Below are positions 17,348-25,881 of a stretch of DNA of 29,003 bases, piece by piece. Numbering within the stretch: position 1 is the first letter of the stretch; each line of letters opens with the position of its first letter. The stretch is from the sequence record SRR31156797_362; one strand, given 5' to 3'. The notes under the pieces are model-generated. The model ran no database searches. It had not been told where the DNA came from and saw nothing but the letters and a program-made list of their open reading frames with translations. Made by a program: the position numbers and the translations under genes.

Positions 17348-18493
17348 ATGGCGACCACTGTGAAAATACAAGTTGAAAATAACAATCCGGTTGTGGCGAT
17401 CCAGGGCTTTTTGCGCGGCTTGCTGGAAGACGAGTCGTTAGGCGGAGTTGTGGTACCGGTCCACCTGTTCGACAAAGGAATTCCCATGCCCACACTGGTA
17501 ACTGATCCAGATCAACTTTCAGGTGCTGATCCATTAGCTCCGGCATTTCCCATGAACAGTGCAAAACTACTTTCGCGATTGACACGAGGGCAATCTGGCG
17601 AGCGCATTGCCGTTGTCATGCGACCTTGTGAGATTCGTGCATTCGTGGAGCTGGTCAAACTCAATCAGGGTAGTCTCGACGACGTCATTATCGTGGGAGT
17701 GGACTGTATGGGGGCCTACGACAACACCGGTTATAAGACTTTTGTTGGTGATCGGGATTCGTTTGAGGCAACGCTCGCCTTCCAAGGGCAACATGGTGGA
17801 GCGAATGAAACTGCGGTGAACGGCGTGGATATCGCTCCGGCCTGTAAATCCTGTGAATTCCCGGCTCCAACCAATGCGGATATCGTTATTGGAATTGCCG
17901 GTGCAGATCTGCACGATGCTATTCCTGTCATGGCTGACAGTGCGCGAGGCGAAGCTTTGCTTAATAGCCTTGGATTACCCGACATGGAAACCAATGGGCG
18001 CGACGCGGTACTCGAATCGCTTATCAAGGTCCGTACTGAACATCGTGACGCCATGATTGAAGCAACTCAGGCTGCTACCGGAACATTGTCGGACTTGTCG
18101 GAATATCTGTCGAGTTGCGTGAACTGCTACAACTGTCGAGTGGCCTGTCCGGTCTGCTACTGCAAGGAATGTGTGTTTAATACGGACGTGTTTGAACACA
18201 AGCCGTGGCAATACCTGGGCTGGGCCAAGCGTAAGGGAAGCCTCAAGCTGCCCACAGATACCATCTTCTACCATCTGACCCGTATGGCGCACATGTCCAT
18301 GGCCTGTGTCGGGTGTGGGCAGTGCTCCAATGCCTGTCCTAACGGCATTCCTGTAATGGAGTTGTTCCGTACAGTCGCAGCGCGGACACAGAAGAGCTTT
18401 GATTACGAACCGGGCAGAAGTCTGGAAGAGTCGCCACCGCTTTCGGTTTTCAAGGAAGACGAGTTCCAGGACACAGTGTCACACATGGCCTGA
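17348..18493 (+). CDS. FdhB/FrhB-like (F420 hydrogenase/dehydrogenase beta-like) Fe-S protein with a 2x[4Fe-4S] domain
   Basis: AVVMRPCEIRAFVELVKLNQ..LD...VGVDCMG, ACKSC, CVNCYNCRVACPVCYCKEC, CVGCGQCSNACP. Confidence 0.8.
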   Translation: MATTVKIQVENNNPVVAIQGFLRGLLEDESLGGVVVPVHLFDKGIPMPTLVTDPDQLSGADPLAPAFPMNSAKLLSRLTRGQSGERIAVVMRPCEIRAFVELVKLNQGSLDDVIIVGVDCMGAYDNTGYKTFVGDRDSFEATLAFQGQHGGANETAVNGVDIAPACKSCEFPAPTNADIVIGIAGADLHDAIPVMADSARGEALLNSLGLPDMETNGRDAVLESLIKVRTEHRDAMIEATQAATGTLSDLSEYLSSCVNCYNCRVACPVCYCKECVFNTDVFEHKPWQYLGWAKRKGSLKLPTDTIFYHLTRMAHMSMACVGCGQCSNACPNGIPVMELFRTVAARTQKSFDYEPGRSLEESPPLSVFKEDEFQDTVSHMA

Positions 18494-18521
18494 TGACAGG
18501 TCCCAGTTTCGGGAGGACGTT

Positions 18522-21500
18522 ATGAGGAAGCAATACGGAGCAATGGTGGTAGGCGCAGGAATCGGTGGTATACGCGCCGCCCTCGACCTGGCCGTTACCG
18601 GTCACAAGGTCGCTCTTATCGACCGCCGTCCAAATCACGGTGGAATCTTGAGTCAACTTGACCACCAATTCCCGTCTGATCATTGTGGCATGTGTAAAAT
18701 GCTGCCGCTTATGTCACGGGATTCATCCAGCCAGTATTGTCTGCGCAAAGGGCTGTTTCACGATAATATTGATATTATGCTCTCCACCGAAGTGGCAGAA
18801 GTTGAAGGTGAGCCGGGCAAATTCTTTGTCTCTTTAAACCGAACTTCCCCCTTGGTGGACCCGACAAAATGTGTCAGTTGCGGCAAATGTTCCGAAGTTT
18901 GCCCAGTGCGTGTGGACAGTGAATTCAACGCCGGATTAACTCAGCGAGCGGCTATTTATCTGCCGGTTCCGCACGCCATCCCCAATCAGTATGTGCTGGA
19001 TTTGAACAACTGCCTGCGTTGTTGGAAGTGTCATGAAGTGTGTCCTACCGGGGCCATTGATTTCAAATTCGAAGAGCGCAAGGATTTTCATATCCTTGTG
19101 GTTGATCGAGATGAAATGGTTCAGGAAATGATGCAGGGAAGTCTCGATGAACAGAATTTTCCCCTTCATTTTACCGCAAGTGGGCGTGAGGCTGTGGACC
19201 AACTCGCTGAAACCGATCAATTTAGACTTGTCCTGCTTGGATTAAATATCAATGACATGGACGCTGAACGTGTCCTGACACGTTGTCAGGAACTTCATCC
19301 AGATATGCCAGTGGTCATTTTGGCAGACAGTAGTCAGGAAGAGACTGCTTCAGCTCTTGTTATGCAGGGTGCACGTGAATATTTGACTAAGCCATTGACT
19401 GCAAAGAAATTTGTGCCGTGGCTCGATAAATTGTTCGTGCGTATTCTGTCCGACACAGTCGAGGAACTGGAAGTCGGAGCTATTGTCTTGGCTGGTGGAT
19501 TTGAGTGTTATGATCCGAAGACCGATCCTTCCGCTTCGTCGGAAATTTGGAATTATGATCACCCCGGCGTACTCACGGCGGTAGAATTCGAACGACTTCT
19601 AAGCGGAACCGGTCCTACCGGCGGTAAGTTGTTGCGTCCCGGTGATGACAAGCCCGTCAAAAAGATTGCATGGATTCAATGTGTCGGCTCACGCGATGTG
19701 CAGAGGAATGCGGACTTCTGTTCTGGTATATGCTGTATGTTTTCCATCAAGGAATCATTGCTCGCTAAAAAAGTGACCAATGGTGCTGTGGAGACCTCCA
19801 TCTTTTACATGGACATGCGTACGGCAGGAAAGGGGTATCAACGCTATCGCATCAATGCTGAAAAGGAAGAGGGCGTGCGTTTTGTTCGCAGCCGTCCTCA
19901 TTCCCTCTTGCCGACGGATAACGGGCAGGACATCAAGCTTGAGTACTTTGCCGAAGACGGGACTATGGTCACTGAAATCTATGACATGGTTGTTTTGGCC
20001 GTGGGCGCTCGTCCGCCAAAGAATACAGACACCTTCGCGCAAACTATCGGCATTGATCTTAATCAATGGGGTTTTGCAGATACGCAACCGTATTCACCGG
20101 AACGTACAAGCGCGGTCGGTATTTTTGCCGCCGGGGCGTTTGGTGAACCCAAGGACATCTCCGAATCCGTGATTCATGCAGGAGCAGCAGCGCAAGCCGC
20201 GTCCCGCATCATCAAGGCATATGACGTGCTGGCGGGTATTGAGGACGAACCTGAACCCGAGTTCCCAGACGTTTCGCGTGAACCACCTCGTACATTGGTG
20301 GCAGTCTGTGCATCCTGTCCTACTTTGGAGCAATCTGTGGATATCGAAGCGTTGAGTCTGCGTATGGCCAATGTGCATTCGGTATGCAAGGTTGTAAGTG
20401 TAGGAAGTGCCTGCACCGTAGAAGGGTGGGGCGATATTGAACAGGCGGCCATAGAGTTTAAGCCGAACCGTATTATCATCGGTGCGTGTATGCCTTACGC
20501 CTACATTCCCCGTCTCAAGGAATTGGGCAAGACCATTGGTTTGAATCCCGCACTTATGGATGTGGTGGATATTTATACACCGACCTTTGGCCCGGAAACA
20601 AACGCACGAACAGCGGAGAAGGAAATTTACGCATCCTTGTCCACGGCTGTTGCTCGGTTGCAAGGAGTCGACCCAACACCGCCACCCAATATGGTTGATG
20701 TAGAACGATCGGCTCTGGTTGTTGGCGGAGGGTTGGCAGGCATGACAGCAGCCATGTCCATTGCAGATCAGGGTTACGGAGTTTGTTTAGTTGAATCCGA
20801 GGAAGAACTCGGGGGCATGGCTATGCGACTGCATACACAACTCGATGGTTCCGATCCTCACAAGTACATGGAAGAACTGATCGCGCAGGTGGAAAAGCAT
20901 CCGAATATCAAGGTGCTTAAGGATTCCCGAGTCGTGCTGTCTCGAGGCAGTGCAGGACGGTTCCGTTCAGCCATCGCCAGCCCGGAAGGAGTCTTCCCGC
21001 TTGAGCATGGTGTATCCATCCTCGCTACAGGCGCACACGAGGCCAAGGTCTATGAAAGTGGTCTGTGCGTACACAAGTCGGTGATGACTCATTTCGCATT
21101 GGAAGAACAGCTAGCTACAGGTCAGCTTGATGCAGGCATACTCTCTTCGGTTGCCATGATTCAGTGTTGGCGCAAACCCGGTGAGGACCGCACCTATTGC
21201 AGCAAGGTCTGTTGCCCGGAAATGGTCAAGAATGTGCTTGCTCTCAAGGAGCGCAACCCCGATTTACCGATATACGTGTTCTACCGTGATATCATGATGC
21301 CTGGTTTCCTTGAGACCTACTACACGCAGGCGCGGAAGGCCGGAGCCATTTTCATTCGATATGAACAAGATGAACCTCCACAGGTAAAATTTGAGGAAGG
21401 CAAACCGGTTATTACGGCCTACGACCCCATTCTCAGAGAAAATATCGTTCTTAGGCCGGATATCCTGTCACTTTCGAGTGGTATGGAACCTAATGACATG

Positions 21501-21956
21501 GATGATATCCAAGAAGTTTTTGGTGTGGAGATCAACGAAGACGGTTTCTATCAGGAAGCTGACTTCAAATGGCGGCCCGTGGATTTCCTTAAGCAGGGTG
21601 TCTACGCGTGCGGAACAGGTTTGGCTCCTCGTCGAATGGGAGAATCTGTCGCTTCTGCCAAGGCAGCTGCTCAACGCGCACTGAGAATTCTCAATGCAGA
21701 AACCATTGCCCGCGAAACCGTAGTGGCCTCTGTCCGACACTCCCTGTGTTCATTGTGTCAGGCGTGTGTCGCGGCCTGTCCATATGGAGCGCGTGTGCTT
21801 GATATGGAACTCGGTCAGATTCAGGTGGACGAAATTCTGTGTCAGGGCTGCGGTTCCTGTGCAGCAGTCTGTCCCAACAGCGCCACGGTCCTTAAAGGAT
21901 TCCACGACGGGCCGATGATGTCTGTCATTGACGCAGCACTCGAAGAACCGGCGTAA
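18522..21956 (+). CDS. hdrA: Tandem HdrA-HdrA flavoprotein (1144 aa) with an inserted receiver-like domain
   Basis: Start MRKQYG at 18522 (SD GGGAGG). Two FAD sites (VGAGIGG, VGGGLAG), DHQFP.DHCGMC, ferredoxin, REC at residues ~189-309, WIQCVGSRD..CSGICC, IIGAC, MIQC..YCSKVCC, C-terminal ferredoxin. Confidence 0.9.
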   Translation: MRKQYGAMVVGAGIGGIRAALDLAVTGHKVALIDRRPNHGGILSQLDHQFPSDHCGMCKMLPLMSRDSSSQYCLRKGLFHDNIDIMLSTEVAEVEGEPGKFFVSLNRTSPLVDPTKCVSCGKCSEVCPVRVDSEFNAGLTQRAAIYLPVPHAIPNQYVLDLNNCLRCWKCHEVCPTGAIDFKFEERKDFHILVVDRDEMVQEMMQGSLDEQNFPLHFTASGREAVDQLAETDQFRLVLLGLNINDMDAERVLTRCQELHPDMPVVILADSSQEETASALVMQGAREYLTKPLTAKKFVPWLDKLFVRILSDTVEELEVGAIVLAGGFECYDPKTDPSASSEIWNYDHPGVLTAVEFERLLSGTGPTGGKLLRPGDDKPVKKIAWIQCVGSRDVQRNADFCSGICCMFSIKESLLAKKVTNGAVETSIFYMDMRTAGKGYQRYRINAEKEEGVRFVRSRPHSLLPTDNGQDIKLEYFAEDGTMVTEIYDMVVLAVGARPPKNTDTFAQTIGIDLNQWGFADTQPYSPERTSAVGIFAAGAFGEPKDISESVIHAGAAAQAASRIIKAYDVLAGIEDEPEPEFPDVSREPPRTLVAVCASCPTLEQSVDIEALSLRMANVHSVCKVVSVGSACTVEGWGDIEQAAIEFKPNRIIIGACMPYAYIPRLKELGKTIGLNPALMDVVDIYTPTFGPETNARTAEKEIYASLSTAVARLQGVDPTPPPNMVDVERSALVVGGGLAGMTAAMSIADQGYGVCLVESEEELGGMAMRLHTQLDGSDPHKYMEELIAQVEKHPNIKVLKDSRVVLSRGSAGRFRSAIASPEGVFPLEHGVSILATGAHEAKVYESGLCVHKSVMTHFALEEQLATGQLDAGILSSVAMIQCWRKPGEDRTYCSKVCCPEMVKNVLALKERNPDLPIYVFYRDIMMPGFLETYYTQARKAGAIFIRYEQDEPPQVKFEEGKPVITAYDPILRENIVLRPDILSLSSGMEPNDMDDIQEVFGVEINEDGFYQEADFKWRPVDFLKQGVYACGTGLAPRRMGESVASAKAAAQRALRILNAETIARETVVASVRHSLCSLCQACVAACPYGARVLDMELGQIQVDEILCQGCGSCAAVCPNSATVLKGFHDGPMMSVIDAALEEPA

Positions 21957-21981
21957 TTCGGAAATATGGAGGAATAACGCC

Positions 21982-22548
21982 ATGAGCGAAGCAATAAGAA
22001 AAACATGGATCCCGGCCAGAGATGAAATCGAGTTCGTGCTCGCCCAATTAAAGGAAGAAGTTGGGGCCTGCATGCAGTGCGGCACCTGTACAGCGTCCTG
22101 TCCTAATGGGTTCGCTATGGATATAACTCCGCGGGCTATGTGGCGGATGATTCAGTTTGGCATGCTCGACGAGATACTTGAGAGTCATACCTTCTGGATG
22201 TGTTCGTCCTGTTACACCTGCACACTGCGGTGTCCACGAGGTCTCAAACTCACTTCGGTTATGGCTTCTCTGAAGAGACTGGCCATGCTCAGTGGCAAAG
22301 GTCGTAAGAACAGTGCGTTCTATAGAGCGTTCATGGAAAACGTCGAGTCACATGGTCGGGTGCAGGAAATGGGCATGATGAGCAATTACTTCTTCAAACG
22401 CATGGATAACCCGACGCTACCGCTCAAGTTTGTACCGCTGGGTATGAAGATGATGGCCAAGGGCAAAGTACATATGCCGGGTGGCGGTCAGGGCGGAGTG
22501 CTGAAGCCTATGTTCGCCAAGGCGCGAGAGATGGAGGGATTGTCATGA
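21982..22548 (+). CDS. hdrC: Heterodisulfide reductase subunit C
   Basis: CMQCGTCTASCP...PR..WRMIQFG...WMCSSCYTCTLRCPRG; ATG at 21982 behind GGAGG. Confidence 0.9.
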   Translation: MSEAIRKTWIPARDEIEFVLAQLKEEVGACMQCGTCTASCPNGFAMDITPRAMWRMIQFGMLDEILESHTFWMCSSCYTCTLRCPRGLKLTSVMASLKRLAMLSGKGRKNSAFYRAFMENVESHGRVQEMGMMSNYFFKRMDNPTLPLKFVPLGMKMMAKGKVHMPGGGQGGVLKPMFAKAREMEGLS

Positions 22549-23498
22549 AATACGCATACTACCCAGGTTGTTCTTTGACTGAAAGTGCGACGGAGTTTGA
22601 TATCTCTACGCGTGCAGTCATGGATTATCTTGGTGCCGAATTGATCGAAATTCCAGACTGGACCTGTTGCGGCGCGAGTGCAGCCGAGCCTGTGAGCAAG
22701 CTCATGAATTATGCGCTTCCGGCACGGAACCTTGCCCTTACTGAAAAGGAACTTGATGGCATTGATGTGATTGCGCCGTGTTCCGCCTGTTATCTTAACC
22801 TCCTCAAGGTTAACAAGGAAGTAGTTGGAGACAGGAGCCTACATGGCAAGGTGAATGAAGTGCTGGCTGCGTCTGGTTTGACTTATTCCGGCAAGGTGGA
22901 AGTACGACATATTCTCGATGTTCTCATCAATGATGTCGGGGCAAAAATTATTGAACAGAAGGTGACCAACAATCTTGAGGGCATGAAGATCGCCCCATAT
23001 TACGGGTGTCAGATCTTACGACCATACCCGGTGTTTGATGATCCCAAGAACCCTACATCCATGCATCGTGTTCTTACGGCATTGGGTGCAGAAGTGCATG
23101 AGTGGGATCACGGAAACAAATGTTGCGGTGCATCGCTCATGATGGGGCATCGCGATGTGGCGCTTCAATCTGTTGCAGCAATACTCGCTGACGCAGAGGG
23201 CGCGGATGCCATCGCTACAGTCTGTCCATTGTGCCAGATGAATCTTGAGGCATATCAGTCGCAGGCGCAGAAACTTGGAGCCAAACCTATCCCCATTCTC
23301 TATCTGACACAATTGATGGGCGAAGCCTTTGGGCTGGAGGATGGGGCCATTCAATTCGAGAAAAACCTGACCATATCGGCTGGGGTCAGGAGGGATATCG
23401 CCAACAAGGTCTGGAGCCAGCCGAACCAGACCGAAAGCGGCGACGATATGGCGGAAGCAAAGGCGGATAACCTCAGCAAGGGGGCAAGTCATGTTTAA
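22545..23498 (+). CDS. hdrB: Heterodisulfide reductase subunit B
   Basis: YAYYPGCSL, DWTCCG, APCSAC, APYYGC, KCCG, TVCPLCQMNL; ATGA overlap with hdrC. Confidence 0.93.
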   Translation: MKYAYYPGCSLTESATEFDISTRAVMDYLGAELIEIPDWTCCGASAAEPVSKLMNYALPARNLALTEKELDGIDVIAPCSACYLNLLKVNKEVVGDRSLHGKVNEVLAASGLTYSGKVEVRHILDVLINDVGAKIIEQKVTNNLEGMKIAPYYGCQILRPYPVFDDPKNPTSMHRVLTALGAEVHEWDHGNKCCGASLMMGHRDVALQSVAAILADAEGADAIATVCPLCQMNLEAYQSQAQKLGAKPIPILYLTQLMGEAFGLEDGAIQFEKNLTISAGVRRDIANKVWSQPNQTESGDDMAEAKADNLSKGASHV

Positions 23499-24393
23499 GG
23501 ACATCATCGTAGGAGTCACTCCTACCGGAATCGACAATTGCGCGGTTCAGGCAGCAATGGAATTCGCTCGTAAGTTCGAGTCCAAGCTTTACCTCGTTCA
23601 CGTAGCGGGCATGGCTCAGGGCTGGGGCTCCATCGAAACCCTGGAACCTTCGGGTGAAACTTCTCGGCTCAAGGAACAGATCTCTGAAACCTATGCGGAA
23701 ATGCTTGAGGGCATCCCGGAATCACAAATCATTGTCGTACCGGGTATCCCACACAACGAAATTCTGCGTCTTGCACGAAAGAAGAACACTGATCTTATCG
23801 TCATGGGACCGCACACCAAGGAATACGAGGAGACCCGTTCCAAGATGTGGGGTATGACAGGCAGTACGCTCGAACGCGTTAGCCAGAAGGCCCGCTGTCC
23901 GGTCATGATCGTTCATAAGGACGTTGTCTGCAAGGAACCGCTGTATAGCAACATCCTTGTGGCAACCGACTTCTCTGATCAAGCTGAATGCGCCGTAAGT
24001 TACGGCGGCCAGATGGCCCGTCAGTACAAGGCCAATCTCAAGATCATGCATGTCGTGGAAAATGGAAACAGTCGTTCTGAAGTCATCGGTCGATTGGAAG
24101 ATGAATATGGTCCTCGCCTTGATGGTATCGGCGAATGCGGTTTCGAGGCCTGTCGCGGCAAGCCTTCCATGGAAATTCTGCGCATGGGGAATCAGGCCGA
24201 TGCAGACTTGATCATCATGGCTCACCATTCCAAGGAACGTGACCCAGAAAAGGCTTTCCTTGGGTCGACAGTTACTCAGGTGGCATTGAATGCACCGTGT
24301 CCGACCATGAGCGTCAACCGTCACTTCGATCTGCGTTGTGGTCTTATGTACGACCAGACAGGCGCAGCTGTTCAGACAGAGGCCTTGGCCTAG
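23491..24393 (+). CDS. Tandem universal stress protein (2x USP)
   Basis: FKDIIVG...LYLVHV...DLIVMG...GSTLERV..KARCPVMIV, then ILVATDFS...DLIIMA...LGSTVTQVALNAPCPTMSV. Confidence 0.9.
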   Translation: MFKDIIVGVTPTGIDNCAVQAAMEFARKFESKLYLVHVAGMAQGWGSIETLEPSGETSRLKEQISETYAEMLEGIPESQIIVVPGIPHNEILRLARKKNTDLIVMGPHTKEYEETRSKMWGMTGSTLERVSQKARCPVMIVHKDVVCKEPLYSNILVATDFSDQAECAVSYGGQMARQYKANLKIMHVVENGNSRSEVIGRLEDEYGPRLDGIGECGFEACRGKPSMEILRMGNQADADLIIMAHHSKERDPEKAFLGSTVTQVALNAPCPTMSVNRHFDLRCGLMYDQTGAAVQTEALA

Positions 24394-24441
24394 ACGAAAA
24401 TTCAGTGTGAATAAGAGTTGAACCTTACGATAAACGGTTTT

Positions 24442-24463
24442 CGGGAGCGGGTGACCGCTCCCG
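24442..24463. other. Intra-operon GC-rich hairpin without a U-tract
   Basis: CGGGAGCGG-GTGA-CCGCTCCCG, a perfect 9-bp stem between usp and the HdrD-like gene. Confidence 0.6.
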
Positions 24464-24500
24464 GGAATCCGGCGGCATAAGTCCGCGAAAGGAGTTAGCC

Positions 24501-25796
24501 ATGGGTGAAGCAGCGCTTCTTATCGAGCCGAAGCAATCGGAACTGGTGGACAAGGTCCGGGAACTGCTGCCCGAGGGCGGTAATCTGAATATGTGTCTCA
24601 CGTGTGGAGCCTGCTCTGCCGGATGTCCTGCTACGGGTATGGAAGACATGGACCCTCGTAAATTTCTGCGTTTAGCACTTATGGGGCAGGAAGAGGCAAT
24701 TCGTTCGACATCCTGGGTGTGGCTGTGCACCATGTGTCGGCGGTGCGTTCATGCGTGCCCCATGGAAGTGGATATCCCTCAACTGATCTACCAATGTCGT
24801 CAATCATGGCCAAGGGAAGATCGTCCGAAGGGAATACTTGGTTCCTGTGAGCAGGCATTGAACACTCCGGGCAACAGCGCCATGGGTGCATCCAGCGACG
24901 ATTTTAAATTCGTGGTCGAGGATGTGGCCGAAGAAGTTCGTGAAATGCAGCCTGGTCAGGAAAATATTCAAGTCTCTGTAGACAGAAAGGGCGCCTATTA
25001 TTTCCTTAATCAAAACTCTCGTGAACCAGTGACCGAACCTGACGAAATGGTTCCGCTTTGGAAGATACTTAATCTGGTTGGCGCGGATTGGACCTACAGC
25101 ACTAAAGGTTGGGCCGCAGAAAATTACTGCATGTTCCTAGCCGATGATGACGCATGGGAAAACGTGGTGCGCAACAAGGCAGGAGCCGTGGAAGAGTTGG
25201 GGTGCAAGGTCTGGCTCAATACGGAGTGAGGACACGAATTTTATGCAGTCCGGGCTGGACTGCAAAAGTTTAATGTCGAACACGACTTCGAGATGGAAAG
25301 CATCATCCGGCTGTATGCCCAGTGGATTCGTGAGGGCAAGCTGCCAGTCAATTCCGATTGGAACAAGGACTTGGGTGTGACCTTCACGGTTCAGGACCCG
25401 TGTCAGCTTGTACGGAAATCACTGGGTGATCCGGTGGCCGAGGACCTTCGTTTTGTGGTCAAATCCGTTGTCGGTGAAGAGAATTTCATCGATATGTGGC
25501 CGAATAAATCCAACAATTACTGTTGCGGTGGTGGCGGTGGATTCCTTCAGTCAGGTTTTGCGGACGAACGGCGTAAATACGGTCAGATCAAGCTCGACCA
25601 GATTCTTCGCACCAAGGCAGACTATTGTATCGCGCCATGTCACAACTGCCATTCTCAGATTCATGATCTCAGTGAATACTCCGGCGCACACTTTCCGGTA
25701 GTTCACCTCTGGACGCTCATTTGTCTTTCGCTTGGTATCCTCGGCGAAAACGAACGTGAATATCTCGGAGATGATTTGAAGAATGTAGGGTTGTAG
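24501..25796 (+). CDS. HdrD/DsrK/GlpC-like (Fe-S)-binding CCG protein, selenoprotein (Sec243), 431 aa
   Basis: Track ORFs 24501-25229 and 25293-25796 are one frame joined through UGA 25227-25229: WLNTE-U-GHEFYAVRAGLQKFNVEHDFE-MESII, i.e. the ECGH motif. Also CLTCGACSAGCP, CTMCRRCVHACP, QDPC, YCCGGGGG, APCHNC. Confidence 0.9.
25244..25264 (+). promoter_or_regulatory. Bacterial SECIS element
   Basis: Perfect 8-bp stem TGCAGTCC-GGGCT-GGACTGCA; the G-rich loop begins 22 nt after the UGA. Confidence 0.8.
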
Positions 25797-25818
25797 ACAG
25801 GAAAGGGATAGACAAGGG

Positions 25819-25860
25819 AAAGCCCTGTGCTTCGGTTTAATTGCCGAAGGACAGGGCTTT
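25819..25860. terminator. Terminator hairpin between the hdr operon and the convergent helicase
   Basis: AAAGCCCTGTgCTTCGG...CCGAAGgACAGGGCTTT. Confidence 0.75.
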
Positions 25861-25881
25861 GTTATTGCTATGAAAGGGATA

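Noticed and set aside
20131-20140. CCGGGGCGTT as the right IR of the IS3 remnant
   Set aside because: Lies inside the conserved FAAGAF coding motif of HdrA and lacks the inner TGTCT part; a chance match.
25293-25796. Separate 167-aa CCG protein or split pseudogene
   Set aside because: In frame with the upstream ORF through a UGA in a Cys motif, with a SECIS-like hairpin.
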